A stretch of DNA of 41,944 nt, taken from assembly GCA_002256025.1 (NCBI GenBank), contig NKIB01014630.1, positions 1 to 41,944 of the forward strand, in the 5' to 3' direction. Under the pieces are notes generated by a model that ran no database searches, was not told the origin of the DNA, and was given only the letters and a program-made list of their open reading frames with translations. This document shows, one piece after another, positions 22,494 to 33,919 of this stretch. Every line of letters begins with the position of its first letter. The stretch's first letter is position 1. The stretch is from Asterionella formosa. Lineage: Eukaryota. The position numbers were made by a program, and so were the translations under genes.

Positions 22494-23982
22494 CTACTTT
22501 GATTTCAAGGCCTTGTTCAATTGGTCGGTTGCATATTCAGCCAATTTTAAAGCTTCGATGCCAACGGTAATTGTCGCAACACCTTCAGGGCCCTCACTCC
22601 TGGAATCCAATGTAGCATTCACAACTCGATCCTTGAGTTCTTTATAGTCATCTGACTGAACCAAGAAGTAAGGCATCATTTGAGGATCCTTAGCCACTTT
22701 TTCGTCTATCAGAGCAGCAGTTTCTGGGTCGGGATAATCAAATCTCTTGACTTCCTTGCCAAGGACATCCTTGACCACTGCAAAACTAACGTTTCCTCCG
22801 CATCGATCCGCCATTAAGGACACATTAGTGCCAGCTTTTGTGGTTATCTTGAAGGCTACCCGTGAAAAATCAACAATGTACTCAGGATTGGGTAAGGACG
22901 TTCCTGGCTTCCATATACTGACCTGTTCGGAAAAGAGCTTGTCTGTATTGACCTTGAACTTTTCAATATTGTCGACTGTGACTTGAAAAAACATTACCAG
23001 CAGAGCCAATTCATGGATCGCCATGTTCTTTAGCATTCCCTCCGAGTTTCTCGCAAATACTTCGGGAATATCAGATGTGCTGTATGAGTTGTTGTGACAG
23101 AAGAATACATGGGAATTAGGAGTCTCGCGTGCAACCTTAATGGTGTTCAGGACGTAAGGGGTCACGTTCTTATTGTATCCCAAATACACCTTGACATTCT
23201 TTTCTTCCGCCAGCGTTCGCATGTCTTCCAATTCCTTAACAGTGGGAGCACCCGGTTTTTCAAGATAAATAACTTGGGCGCCCCTTTCCACGCACTGACG
23301 AAAGAGTTCAGGATTCTCGGCCGTCCTGCCGGCAATCAAACACATGGTAGGCTTAGTAAATACAGATAGGTCATCTACAGACTTTTTAGTCTCAATACCC
23401 ATTGCTTCTAGAGAATGCGTGAGTTCGAGGAAAACGGCTGGGGGTTCGGGGCATAGCTTTTCATTCATGAAAAAGGGCTCAACAACTGCTGTGACATTTA
23501 CTCTACTCATTTCCAACAATTGTGTCAAATGATACCAACCCATACCCTTAACGGTTTTCAAAAGGAGAAGTGAGAAATTTTTTGCTATTTAGTTCGCAAG
23601 GCAAATGCACAATCCACGATGAACAAAAGTGATAAAAGCGTTGGCCTACCTTCTTCGGGAGGCCGCATCCCACGACAACAACATCTAGTGTTCCATCAGT
23701 ATCTGGTCGATTTCCTCTCTGTTTCTTCACCACCAATTTCTGAGAATTCAAGAGGAATCCACCTATACCCGCAGCCACCAATAAGGTAACAATGTAGAAG
23801 AGCGTCTTGTTGATCTCAAGGCCGAAAATGACCACCAATTTGCTCAGTCTCAGGGCCTCTGCTTCTGCACGTTGTCGCTCGCGTTTCTTTCTACCGAAGG
23901 GGTCAAATGCTTCGGCAGCAAGCAATAGCTGCAAAGTCAACAAGAGGGTGAAGCAAAGCCTGGTCAGAAAGTCTCGAGCCAT
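22494..23982 (-). CDS. Gfo/Idh/MocA-family NAD(P)-dependent oxidoreductase with an N-terminal signal peptide and a transmembrane segment; 2 exons
   Basis: Exons 23982-23650 and 23546-22494; intron 23649-23547 (GTAGGC..AAG) gives the Rossmann-like motif VVVVGCGLPKKGMGWYH. YLEKP, VYLGYNK and KNMAIHE motifs are present. Confidence 0.88.
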
Positions 23983-24087
23983 TTGAAGTGTACAAATGTT
24001 CATGAAGGTCTTTATGACCACCGAGCTACTAATGATGGTTCATGACGCTGCTGAGGTGTAAAATGAGGTTGTTTTCTACTTCTTAAT

Positions 24088-24167
24088 TACCGGTATGACA
24101 CACCGGTACTCGGTACCTGGTGCTCCCCAGGTACCTTGTACCAGGTACCTGGTACTGGGACCTGGTA
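24088..24167. repeat. (CCAGGTA/TACCTGG)n array upstream of the oxidoreductase
   Basis: GGTACCTGGT..CCAGGTACCTTGTACCAGGTACCTGGTACTGGGACCTGGTA. Confidence 0.8.
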
Positions 24168-24216
24168 GGGAGTGGCCTCATCGCTTGCTCACTTCTTTTT
24201 GGGGGGTTTCTTTTGA

Positions 24217-24880
24217 GGGCCGTTCTTGCTTGCTTACCGGTACATCATTCCGAATTTGCTGTATCATTTCCGGGTTGTGGGCAAAAAGTGACGGTTGGTA
24301 TCAAAACGCGGTATCAGCAAAGGTAACTTGATGGTATCAATTTCTATCAGTGATACAAGCAAATTCAGGAAGTATAATTTCCATTGTCACCAATAAAATA
24401 ACTATAAATACGCCTTCAGGGCACTAATTTTTCAGGCAAATATGTGTAAATATTATTAAACCAGTGTGTGCATGAAAGCAAGAACATACAAATCATTCTG
24501 GAAGCACCAGTCAGACAGAAACTAATGTCTGTCTTGATTCTTGATGACCTACAACTGGCTTTATAAACTATATATACTTGAAAGTGAAGACCAAACTACC
24601 AGAACATGCTATAGTCTATAGATTATATCAAGTAGCTAGTACATACTATGTGTAAATTTCCTACATGTTTTCAGTAATGGTTACCTAACAATAAAGTCTG
24701 GAGGGAAAAACAAATGTTTACAGCGAGCCTAAAACTGTTGAAATTTTGGGATACTTTTGCGTGATAAAAAATTTATGTGGAGAATGAATATTTTCATTTC
24801 AATCATGTAGCGATTGCATGATACTTTTTAAAATATTATGATACCCTATCCAAAATATCTGTAGTTAGAATAGAGGCTTA
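24217..24880. mobile_element. Non-autonomous Harbinger-like element (MITE)
   Basis: Starts GGGCCGTTCTT, like the 5334 terminus. 24282-24320 resembles 5395-5430, and TTTATGTGGAGAATG at about 24772 matches 8685-8699. The right end is approximate. Confidence 0.5.
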
Positions 24881-25128
24881 CATTGAAGGAGTAGCTCTTT
24901 GCTGTTCATCCGACGAGACCAGCATGGCCAGTGGTCATTTCATCTGATTTGAGGAGTGTCTAACAATCGACTACTAATTAAGTCAAAACGTAGTTTACTA
25001 TAGGACAAGACAATGAAGCTAAGATAATATTTTCATTTAATTGTCATTTTTTTATACACGTTTCAACTAGGTAACATACTAGAGCAATTTTCGAGTATAT
25101 ACACATGTGATGTGTACCATGTGAACTA

Positions 25129-26644
25129 CACAGGGAACAAAAATGCCCTTTATTGGAATCCATTACAAAGTGAAAAAGATTTTACTAAAACAAGGATAAC
25201 CTTGTATTGCTTGGCTAGCCGTGTAATAAGTGTTGTGAATCCGTGCTCTCACCAGCCAATTCAAGGAAATAGGCACTTTCCGATACAAGATAATTTCAAA
25301 AATAATCCTCCCATACAATATAGGGATAGTTTCTCTGAAATATGGTTTAGTCCAATACAAGGTGTACCTTCTTGTATTTGTTTTTACTAAATTCTCATCA
25401 ATCTTAGTACTTTGTATTGATAAACCAATCAGATCACTAGTTCTGATTTAAGGTCTACCTTTTGGAGTACCTTGATTTGGACCCAATAACTCACTATCAG
25501 GAAAATCATTTTAAGGTTCTTTATAGCAAACTAATATCTACAATACTATATTCGTTTATAAATGTTAAAGTTATTATGCTATTTTAAGAAGAAATGCAAA
25601 CATTATGGAGTCCTATAGCAATATTGATTTTCTAGAAGTGTTGGAATCATCTGTTGGTTCTCAAATCCCAGCTTTGCCTTCATCGTAATTCACCACTTTA
25701 CCAGTCAAACAAAATTGGAGCGCTGAGAAAGATATTTACATCTGTTACCTGCCTTGTATTGGGACATGAAGTAGTACAGCCAAAACACAATACAGAGGCA
25801 ACCTTGAATTGCAAATTTTTTCACCTTCTATTGAGATGTGACACATTGCCAACAAAACACAATACGATCGCAAACTTGAATTGCAAAGTATTGTCACCTT
25901 GAAAAGATAGTATGTTTTATAGCCCATTCATACTCCCCTATTTCTAGGCAAGTATTTCATTATGCTACCTGCTGACAAGACTTGTGCTCCCTACTTTTTT
26001 AGCGTAGGTGAGTCCCCAACCACCTTTCACCAAATGTGATTGTCTTAGCCGCAGCGTTAGGGGAAACTCCGACCGCCTAGGAAGGCGGGGATACAAGCTG
26101 CTTGTAAGGGGGCAACCCACTATTTCTTGCACACCAAGCAAGGCAAGACCGCGCGGGACAGTAAGGAGTGTGAGAGTCGAATCCAACAATTGCTTCTCAA
26201 AAAATTGCGGGAATTGAACCTCAGGACCTCAGATCAAAGGCAACGTGCTTAATCACTAAGCTATTCCCTACATTGTCACCTTGAATTGTGACTAGGCTAG
26301 CTAGACCTTTTATTAGATATAAAGGGAAAACCTTGTCTTGGGTGATATTTCCTAGTAGCCAAATAACGGATCACCTTGAATTGGAGTGACGCCTGCAGTT
26401 GCTTGTTTTCACCTTGTACTACTGGAATTGACATACCAGCCTTTCGCCAACACAAGGTGAAAATTGTATTATTCTCTTCTATTGGAAATACATTAAATGA
26501 CCAATACCTTCTTGTATTGGACAATGTTGTGATGCCCAATACAGGGTATGCCTGGATTTGAAAGACGAAAACCAGTTGAAAACATCCAAAAAATGAAAAC
26601 ATCCAAAAAATTTCCAATACAACAAGGTAATCTTGTTTCCAGTG
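25129..26644. mobile_element. Non-autonomous CACTA/CMC-like element with subterminal motif arrays; hosts a SINE A insertion
   Basis: Left end CACAGGGAACAAAAATGCCCTTTATTGGAA versus reverse complement of the right end CACTGGAAACAAGATTACCTTGTTGTATTGGAA. Many CCTTGTATTG/CAATACAAGG and CACCTTGAATTG motifs in both orientations. The TSD is not clean. Confidence 0.55.
25904..26271 (-). mobile_element. tRNA-derived SINE-like element, family A, copy with TSD
   Basis: Minus-strand head GGGAATAGCTTAGTGATTAAGCACGTTGCCTTTGATCTGAGGTCCTGAGGTTCAATTCCC has an A-box and B-box, with a second B-box-like GGATTCGACTCTC. Exact 14-bp flanking direct repeat ATTGTCACCTTGAA at 25890-25903 and 26272-26285. Second copy at 608-935. 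Confidence 0.85.
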
Positions 26645-26884
26645 TTTATACATTGCTGGAGCAATGGGTAACTATAAGTAACCCGGGGCTTGGAATGACT
26701 GTGACAACACATTACCTGATGGTACCTCCTTGTACCATGGCACTCCCACCATTAGCACCCTAAATTCGCCAAGCTGAGCTCATTTTTGCAAGAATGTCTC
26801 CGACTTCAGGTAAGTTCATAGGCTGGTACCTTTAGACATTGTGGTAAAAGACGGTTCTTACTATAAGGAACACACATCTCAGAA

Positions 26885-27107
26885 GAATGGCTTAATTGGT
26901 TAGCACACATCATGAGGTGGAGGGTTCGATTCCTGCATTCTCCACCTGTCTATCTTTTATGAAGTTCCTAGGGTTTCAGGGGGTGAGGTTGACAAAGAGA
27001 CAGGTTCCAATGTACCGTACAAGCGAAAAAACCGGTACTAATTGTTTCCATTCAAGTGTGAACAAGCGAGATAATTGGATAGCTTTAACATACTTTAAAA
27101 TTTAATT
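26885..27107 (+). mobile_element. SINE-like family B, diverged third copy or subfamily
   Basis: A-box TGGCTTAATTGGT and canonical B-box GGTTCGATTCC, with the shared core CATTCTCCACCTG..GGGTTTCAG..GGTGAGG..CAGGT. The 3' half has diverged but ends in a similar TACTTTAAAA tail. Confidence 0.65.
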
Positions 27108-28230
27108 GCCTCAATTTCTCATTTACTGCAACCTGCTGGTGCTGTCAACTTGTGGTAGATTTGCCAATAAATGATGATATGTTCATTGCTGATATTCATG
27201 GCTGCTGATCCAATACTTAAATAATATTCTTGCCTGTCTGGAAAACAGTTATCTTTCATTTGTGGCACAATCATTTTGAATAATTTTCCACTTGAAATCG
27301 ATTTGGCTGGAACTGTTTTAGCACGAAACTCAATCCCCCAAATGTAGCAAGGTTTGGGAAAACTGGTTTTTCAGAAACTCATTCCTTACACTTGCATATT
27401 GAAATTAATTGGGCCAGCGTTGAATTTGAGTGTCTGTCTGGCGCCCTGTTTTATGTTTTGGTAAAATGATCGCAATTTGCAAGGGTAACAGCCCCCCCCC
27501 CCCTCTCCTTGATTGCACGCTGACTTAAGTCCATGTACTCCTGGTGGTACATGATGGTGACTTACATGTCAGTTTGTTAAAACTCATTGCTATTTGAATT
27601 ATGTCCATCATGACTGCTAATGATAATACTTCTGGTGCAAAGTCACAAATCAAGTAGCAGCAGATAAGAAATAGGAATTCTATCATTATGAATTCACTTT
27701 CTTTGAAATTTCATTGTGAAGCATTTGTCCTCCTTCAGATGGTGATATTGAAAGATAGTTGAATATTGATACCTTGTGTGAAAGTCTAATTCTTGTCCAC
27801 ATCTGGTAACCTGAAAAAGAAGCCCTTCTTCCACCACAGTAATTGAGTAATCCCAAATTGTTCTATTAGTCCCTGAATGTGTTGCTGGTTCCAAAGCAAA
27901 CAACCAAGACTTCAAATTACCCCAACACAATAAGCTTTATTCCAGGAGCCACGTTCTCGTGCCACCTAGTGAACGTTTATGGGACAAGTTGGGACTTGTA
28001 ACAAGAAGTAAGGTGTATAATGGTACACCTCTAAAAATAAGGGAGTTATGTACAAACTGTTCAAGACTTTTCAGTACTTCTTCAAAGCTCAGTGAATTCC
28101 AGGGTACACCTGCATCTGAAGAAGCTGCATGGCTGATCAGTTCTTTCTGAAAATGTGAGTGGACAGCAGGAGTGCTGCAAGGAGGATTGTTGAACTTGCC
28201 ATTATTCCGTGACATTCAAAATAAAAATAA

Positions 28231-29067
28231 TCACCCAGGCAACAATGGCGTGAGTCCTGCACGAAAGGTTTCATAGGCACCGAAGAATACAAATCCTCCT
28301 ATACTTATCCACATGACACGAGGTTGGATGCCACGAAAAAGTGTTGCCATTCCCTCTTCGTTTCGAATCCGGTACAATACGTCGAGTGCCGAGTTGTATG
28401 GGATACCTGCCTTGTCCTTGCCCAACATGAGGCGAGTTTTCAGAACGTCGAGCGGCGTGGTAACAGCAGCTGCGAGTGCTCCACTTGTGGATCCACAAAT
28501 TGCTGCTTGTACTGAAGAGACAGGCATTTCTTGCTGCGCGCTCCAAGCCACCTTGCCATATTCATAGAGGGGAAACTGGATCATGGCGAAGGGTATTTCA
28601 CGCAACAAGGTAATCCCATAACCTCGATACAGTCCTCCCAATAAACCATAAGGCTCTCGTAAGACGGTTTGAAACGTATGCATTAACCCAACTGTCTCAC
28701 CAATTTGTAATTTTGCTTTCAGGACTTCAGTTGGGACACGGACCAAACAAGCAGCAGCTTCACCGATCGAGGCTGCTATCATGTGTGACAGTGGTTCACT
28801 CTCTATGACTCGTGACTCCATAATTAGGGGCTTGAGGTATTCGTAAGTGCTGAAAAATAAGGCAGCTCCAGGAGCCGATCCAATGGCAGCAGCCCCAAGT
28901 CCGTTGTAGATGCCTCGCACTCCACCTGCCTTGAGGAACCCTTGGGGAGACTGCAACCGTGTTTTTATAGTATCAATAGGGAATAGGGCGACATCGACAG
29001 ACGTTCCCGCCATACCACCAGCGATAAGGGACACGAGGAAGGACGAGGCAACAGGAGCGTCCGCCAT
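28231..29067 (-). CDS. Mitochondrial carrier family protein, S-adenosylmethionine carrier-like (PET8/SLC25A26 type)
   Basis: Three carrier signatures (FPIDTIKTRLQ, VPTEVLKAKLQ, TPLDVLKTRLM), plus REIPFAMIQFPLYE and PRVMWISIGG typical of SAM carriers. Intronless; start taken at MADAPVASS. Confidence 0.9.
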   Translation of the reverse strand: MADAPVASSFLVSLIAGGMAGTSVDVALFPIDTIKTRLQSPQGFLKAGGVRGIYNGLGAAAIGSAPGAALFFSTYEYLKPLIMESRVIESEPLSHMIAASIGEAAACLVRVPTEVLKAKLQIGETVGLMHTFQTVLREPYGLLGGLYRGYGITLLREIPFAMIQFPLYEYGKVAWSAQQEMPVSSVQAAICGSTSGALAAAVTTPLDVLKTRLMLGKDKAGIPYNSALDVLYRIRNEEGMATLFRGIQPRVMWISIGGFVFFGAYETFRAGLTPLLPG

Positions 29068-30096
29068 GGTGATTATCTGTACAAGGTGGGATTTTGTATT
29101 GCGCTCTTCCTTGGACGAAGAAAGTGCCAATGATCGGTGGTCGTGATGTCGTGATGCCATAAATACTCTGTAGGAAAATCGGATTGAGGACAGCACACCG
29201 GTACATAAATATCATCGAATAAGTGTGTAGACCCAATTGGCCTATTATTAGCATAACCCTACCCCTATTGTATAAAACATTTTGCAGCTTAATTGGCCCC
29301 TTCTAATCACATTGACCATGTCGGTACTCTTCTGTTGCTTAACTCAGCAAAATAACAATCTCCTACGCCGCTTGAAATAGCCATATCTCCGCCATGAGCA
29401 GCGCTACCAGTAAACCCATCAAGCGGCATGGGAGCACATGATTTGGATTATATATGCACTATTTTGTGGTGGGCATGATGCCAATCATGCCTACATGCCT
29501 GATGGATTCACAATGACAAGCGTATTGGCAATTCTTGGTAGTTAAAGGTGATAAATTCCAACACAAGATTGCATGTGATGATGTTTCGCAATTTAAGATT
29601 GCCCCTGTATTGGTTTTTGGCCGTACTAACAATTCACATCCCAAGAATGCAAGATCATAGTAAGTTTAGGTGATGATAATTTACAATTCAAGGTTGACCC
29701 TGTATTGGACTATAGTGCGGCTGGTTAAGTGTATATATGAGATTATAGTAATTCATATTGACTCTACAAAACTGTCATTTGTTGCTGTACATCATCATCC
29801 AGAAATGCATATTTTCAAAAAGTCAAAATTTCGACAAGGTGTCTGTCTGGCTGACATATCATGATGTCACTCAAATAATTCTGAACTGAATACATAAATA
29901 AATGCGCGCATAAAAATTGCATACACACTGGAACATGATCACTAAGCCAACAATTCTATTTGAAAAGCCATCATAAAACCCAAACTTGCCTGGGTTAAGA
30001 CCCACATTGGCTGAAGGGTTAAGTTTTCCTGATTCAATTGTAGAAATCTTCTAAGTATATATGATATATACAAAAAAAACCGGTATATATTATATA

Positions 30097-30310
30097 GATA
30101 GCTTAGTGGGTGGGCTCACCATCCAAGGTGGCGGGTTGGATTCCTGCATTCTTCACCTGCTTTTTTATTTAGTCCCTTGGGTTCTGGGTGGTGAGACAGA
30201 GCGACAAGAAGCAGGTCTAAGGCCCTGTGGGAGGCCAAGTGCAACTTCACAAGCTCCACAATTGCTTAGTTCTTTAACAATAGCATACTATAAAATTTAC
30301 TTAATAATTA
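30097..30310 (+). mobile_element. SINE-like family B, second copy
   Basis: Colinear with 7196-7412, sharing TAGCTTAGT, TAGTCCCTTGGGTT, AAGCAGGTCT, GGCCAAGTGCAACTTCACAA, AGTTCTTTAACAATAGC and TTACTTAATAATT. Confidence 0.8.
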
Positions 30311-30586
30311 TACATAGATATACGTTAAGCATAGTTTGATAGCTTCTAGGATGGCACACATGAGGGCAATTGAGTTAGAGAAAATACTAGGAGTTTAAAT
30401 GGCCCTGACAAAACTTTTTGAATTGCTGCAATAACTTTCAACCTTAAGGATTACCTGGTACCAGGTAGTCTAGTCTAATGCTGTCATGTCTACAGGTAGA
30501 CTAGTCTGAGATTTTGGACATAAAGATACTTGATATAATTATGTAGTTAGTATTTGATTTCCATTTATTGCATAGCTGTTTTACTT

Positions 30587-32463
30587 CTATTGCAGTTGTC
30601 GCTCATAATCATCCCATTCTTCTCCAATCACAAACTTCATTTGCTGTAGACTATTGATAATCATACGTCGGACCTTGTCGGGTTTAAGACCAACTAATTT
30701 GCTGACTTCAGCGATAGTTAACGAGCCTTCGTACCCAGGTGGTAATTGCTCCTGATCCACCATTCCAAAGCGCAGCATCAGCAACTGGACTTCAGTTTGT
30801 GTCAAATGGCGATTGAGGGTCTCGATCAAGTCTTCGCGCAAAAAGACCCTTTCTAGCGTTCGGTGTTCTCCATCATCTGTTTTGCTGGCAATAATATCGT
30901 ACATGGTATCAGAGGAATGATCGCCATTGTTAGGTTTGAGAGAATTTGTCAGGGTTTGATCCAACGAATAAATTCGCTGATCCATGGCGCTTTTACACCG
31001 TTCTATTTGCGCCACACTCATATCAACGGCCGTACTCAACTCTATCTTGGTTGGTGCCCTCCCCAGGGTGAGCCTCAGCTCAATTTCTGTCTTGATGATT
31101 CTCTTGTAGTTTGCATGTAGTCGCTGCGGTATCGGAATGACTCGCGACTGGACTGTTTGCGATCGTTTGACGGCAGCACGAATCCAATACATGGCGTACG
31201 TGGAAAACCGAAAACCTCTTTGGGGCTCAAATTTTTCGGCGGCTCGGATCAGTGCCTTTTGGCAGAAACATATAAAATGAGAAATAATTCACTTTATACA
31301 ATCAGGACTTGCGGGAACAACGAACTCACCATGATCCCTTCCTGCATCATATCACCTGCATTGTATTGTCCACCCAACCCGTTTCTGATGTAGGTGTTGA
31401 CCACATACTGTACCATGCGCAGATTCGCAGTTACTAACTTGTTCTTGGCCTCTAACCCCTGATCCATGGCTTGTTGAATGGCTCCGAGATTGATCTTGCC
31501 CGCTGCTGCGCACCATTCTTCGTCTTTGGGCTCACGTCCCAACTTTGTTTGTAATTTGTCATATAAGTTTTGCAGTCGGATAGCTTCTTGTGTTAATTTC
31601 CCCAATTCACACTCTTCCGTGGGTGTAATTCTATCTTCCTGAACATCAGTACATTATTTGTTTCGTTCGCGAGTATTGGTTAGCTGAGTTGAACTTTGCG
31701 AAACGACTGTATTTGCCTCTTGCACATGAGGAGTACATACCTTATGAATCTGATTCGCAAAATGCATCATGGAATCTGGAACAGCCGCACTTGTCCTGTA
31801 CATGGCTTCACCGTGAGTTTGCTTCCGTTTTTGGCGCGCCTTTTCCGAAAAATGTGCCGCCAAACTATTCCCCGACCGTGATTCAGCCATAAAGATTCCG
31901 TCTTCAAATGCCGTTTCACGAGGGCTGGCAACAAACCCAGGCATTGTGGAAGATCTAGATTTAGTGCTTGGCTGACGATCCGGGACGATTCTGGGAGGGT
32001 GAATAGAATGTCGGTGCAAGGCAACTCGTTTAAAGGATGGTTTACCGGGGGAAGATTGAACGAGTTCTTCTTCTGAGATGTAATTTTCACTGTATGTGCG
32101 TTGTCGGACTGCATCTCGTTGAGTCGTGGATTTGGAGTGCACCTTGCTTTCGATTACGGCATTATCATGGTCATTGACTTCATCGAAAGCATCCGGAGAC
32201 GAAAGATTGTACATGGTTTCAATATCCGATAAATGCCTTCCCCACTGCTGCTTCGCCGCGGATTCTCGCAACAGAGTGTCTATGTCTCTCACAGCGTGGC
32301 GTTGTGTGGATCGAATGGCGTGCTGACATGACAAACTGGGGGAGAAGGGAGCCACAGACGAGGCAGACAGTGCCAGCGTGATAGCTGTAGAAATCCATGT
32401 TCGTCGTCGTCGCATAGCTGGTGCAGTGTCGGGGGCCATCAGCCTTCTACATTGAAGGCCCAT
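30587..32463 (-). CDS. Nuclear-encoded plastid RNA polymerase sigma70 factor; 3 exons
   Basis: Exons about 32463-31741, 31638-31330 and 31255-30587; introns 31740-31639 (GTATGT..CAG) and 31329-31256 (GTGAGT..AAG). Region 2 ([44 protein letters not shown]), region 3 (LGRAPT) and region 4 HTH (LTIAEVSKLVGLKPDKVRR). Signal-like ITLALSASSVAP-F. Start is 32463 or 32415. Confidence 0.93.
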
Positions 32464-33919
32464 GTTTTGTTTGATCGTGATGAGTAATAAGTATGCACTA
32501 AGTGTGCAAACGGTAACAAGAATTCGAGTTGAACAGCAAATAACCACTCAGAATCGAGCAGCACGTTCGTTGACAGCTGAAGCAGGAGCAGGAGCAGAAG
32601 CAGAAGCAGAATTCAGTTCAATATCTTTGGCTGCACTGACTTGATCCTGACAATCAATCTCATGACCTTTTCCAAGTCAATGATGTGTTCGTTCAGAGCT
32701 GGTGTTCGCACAGCAGCCAGTGGATCGGAAGACTGAAAAATGGCGGAGGTGGCGGACGAAGAAAAATTACAGAAACTCGAATGATGACGACATGTTTTGA
32801 CCACGACCATCAGCCATTCTTCTTCTGGTGCTTCGCGTCTTTTCGCTCGTGAGGATGCACGGTGGCGAACAAGCAGCAGCGGCAGCTTGTCAACCCGTGC
32901 GTTTGTCGTCACAATTACATCATACACCGGCATGGCTATGATATATATTTAATTAATTGGCATACATTTATAAATGTACATATCGGTACATGTTTGAGAT
33001 CCGAAAGATTCCTCCAAAAGTATATGTACTACGTACTTGTTGATACGTACAATCGATTAGTACCCGGTAGGTAAACTTCTGAAAGATGCACCAATTGAGA
33101 AATGTAGCTCTGTTTGTCGTACATAGCGGTGCGTAGTAGATAGAACCTTCGCCTTTTGCCGCAACTTCCCTGATAATCACGGTTTACCACGAATGCATAC
33201 GTAGTAAAGGGTTGACGTATACATATACCGGTAAACAAACCTGCCCAACACCTGTCATTCTACATCCATGCTTGCTGAGTGAGTGAGTCAGTGCTATTTT
33301 AAGCAATCTTGCTTGACGCTCGAGTGAATGACGTATGCACAGCATCAGAATGAGGTCAGTGTTCTCATCTGCCATGTCATACTGACGATACGTTGATGCG
33401 TACGAAGCAAGACCACATGTTATGTGTTACTGAGGTAAATGAGATTTTTAGCTATGTTTTCCTTATAGTAAGAACAGTAGTTTACCGCAACTGCCCTGGT
33501 AAGATGAAACCTGGTAGCAGGTACCTGTAGCTATTAATTAGGTGGGTTTTCCCGCACCTAAAATTCCAAGAAATGAAAAGGAAGTTTACCTTTGTCTGTT
33601 GTAGCCTTGTACCAACATTTGTGTGTAAGGCGAGAAAAAATTCTCGATCATTTCCTGAATTGAATTGTTGCGGAATAACCTAAATTCCCCACATTCTTAG
33701 AGAGCTGTTTTTCCTTCATTTAGTAATGAAGAACTTTAGCGCCTGCCCTGCGTCAGAAGCAAAATGACTGCAACTCATTGCTTGCTGATGCGACTGCTGC
33801 TGCTGCTGGACAAGCCTATCATTGCCGGTATAAACTACCAGGTACACGTGTTACCTTGTGCTCACCTACAGTAGTGGTACCAGCAGTGATGTCTATCATT
33901 GATGACAATCATTCGTTAT

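Noticed and set aside
25990..26110. Twister or hammerhead ribozyme within SINE A or B
   Set aside because: CCCCTAAC..GGGG and ACAAGC are suggestive, but the motif order does not fit twister and no CTGANGA..GAAA core was found. An Infernal search would be needed.
26200..26271. Functional tRNA-Gln gene (and tRNA genes at the other SINE heads)
   Set aside because: A/B boxes are present but the acceptor and anticodon stems do not pair. Each head is fused to a repeated body, so SINE is the better call.
3137..32463. Bacterial contig or contamination suggested by cbbX, recN and sigma70
   Set aside because: All carry spliceosomal introns or presequences and lie next to COG7 and a mitochondrial carrier.
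32613..32933. 106-aa ORF upstream of the sigma factor
   Set aside because: No homology cue; likely 5' UTR or promoter sequence.
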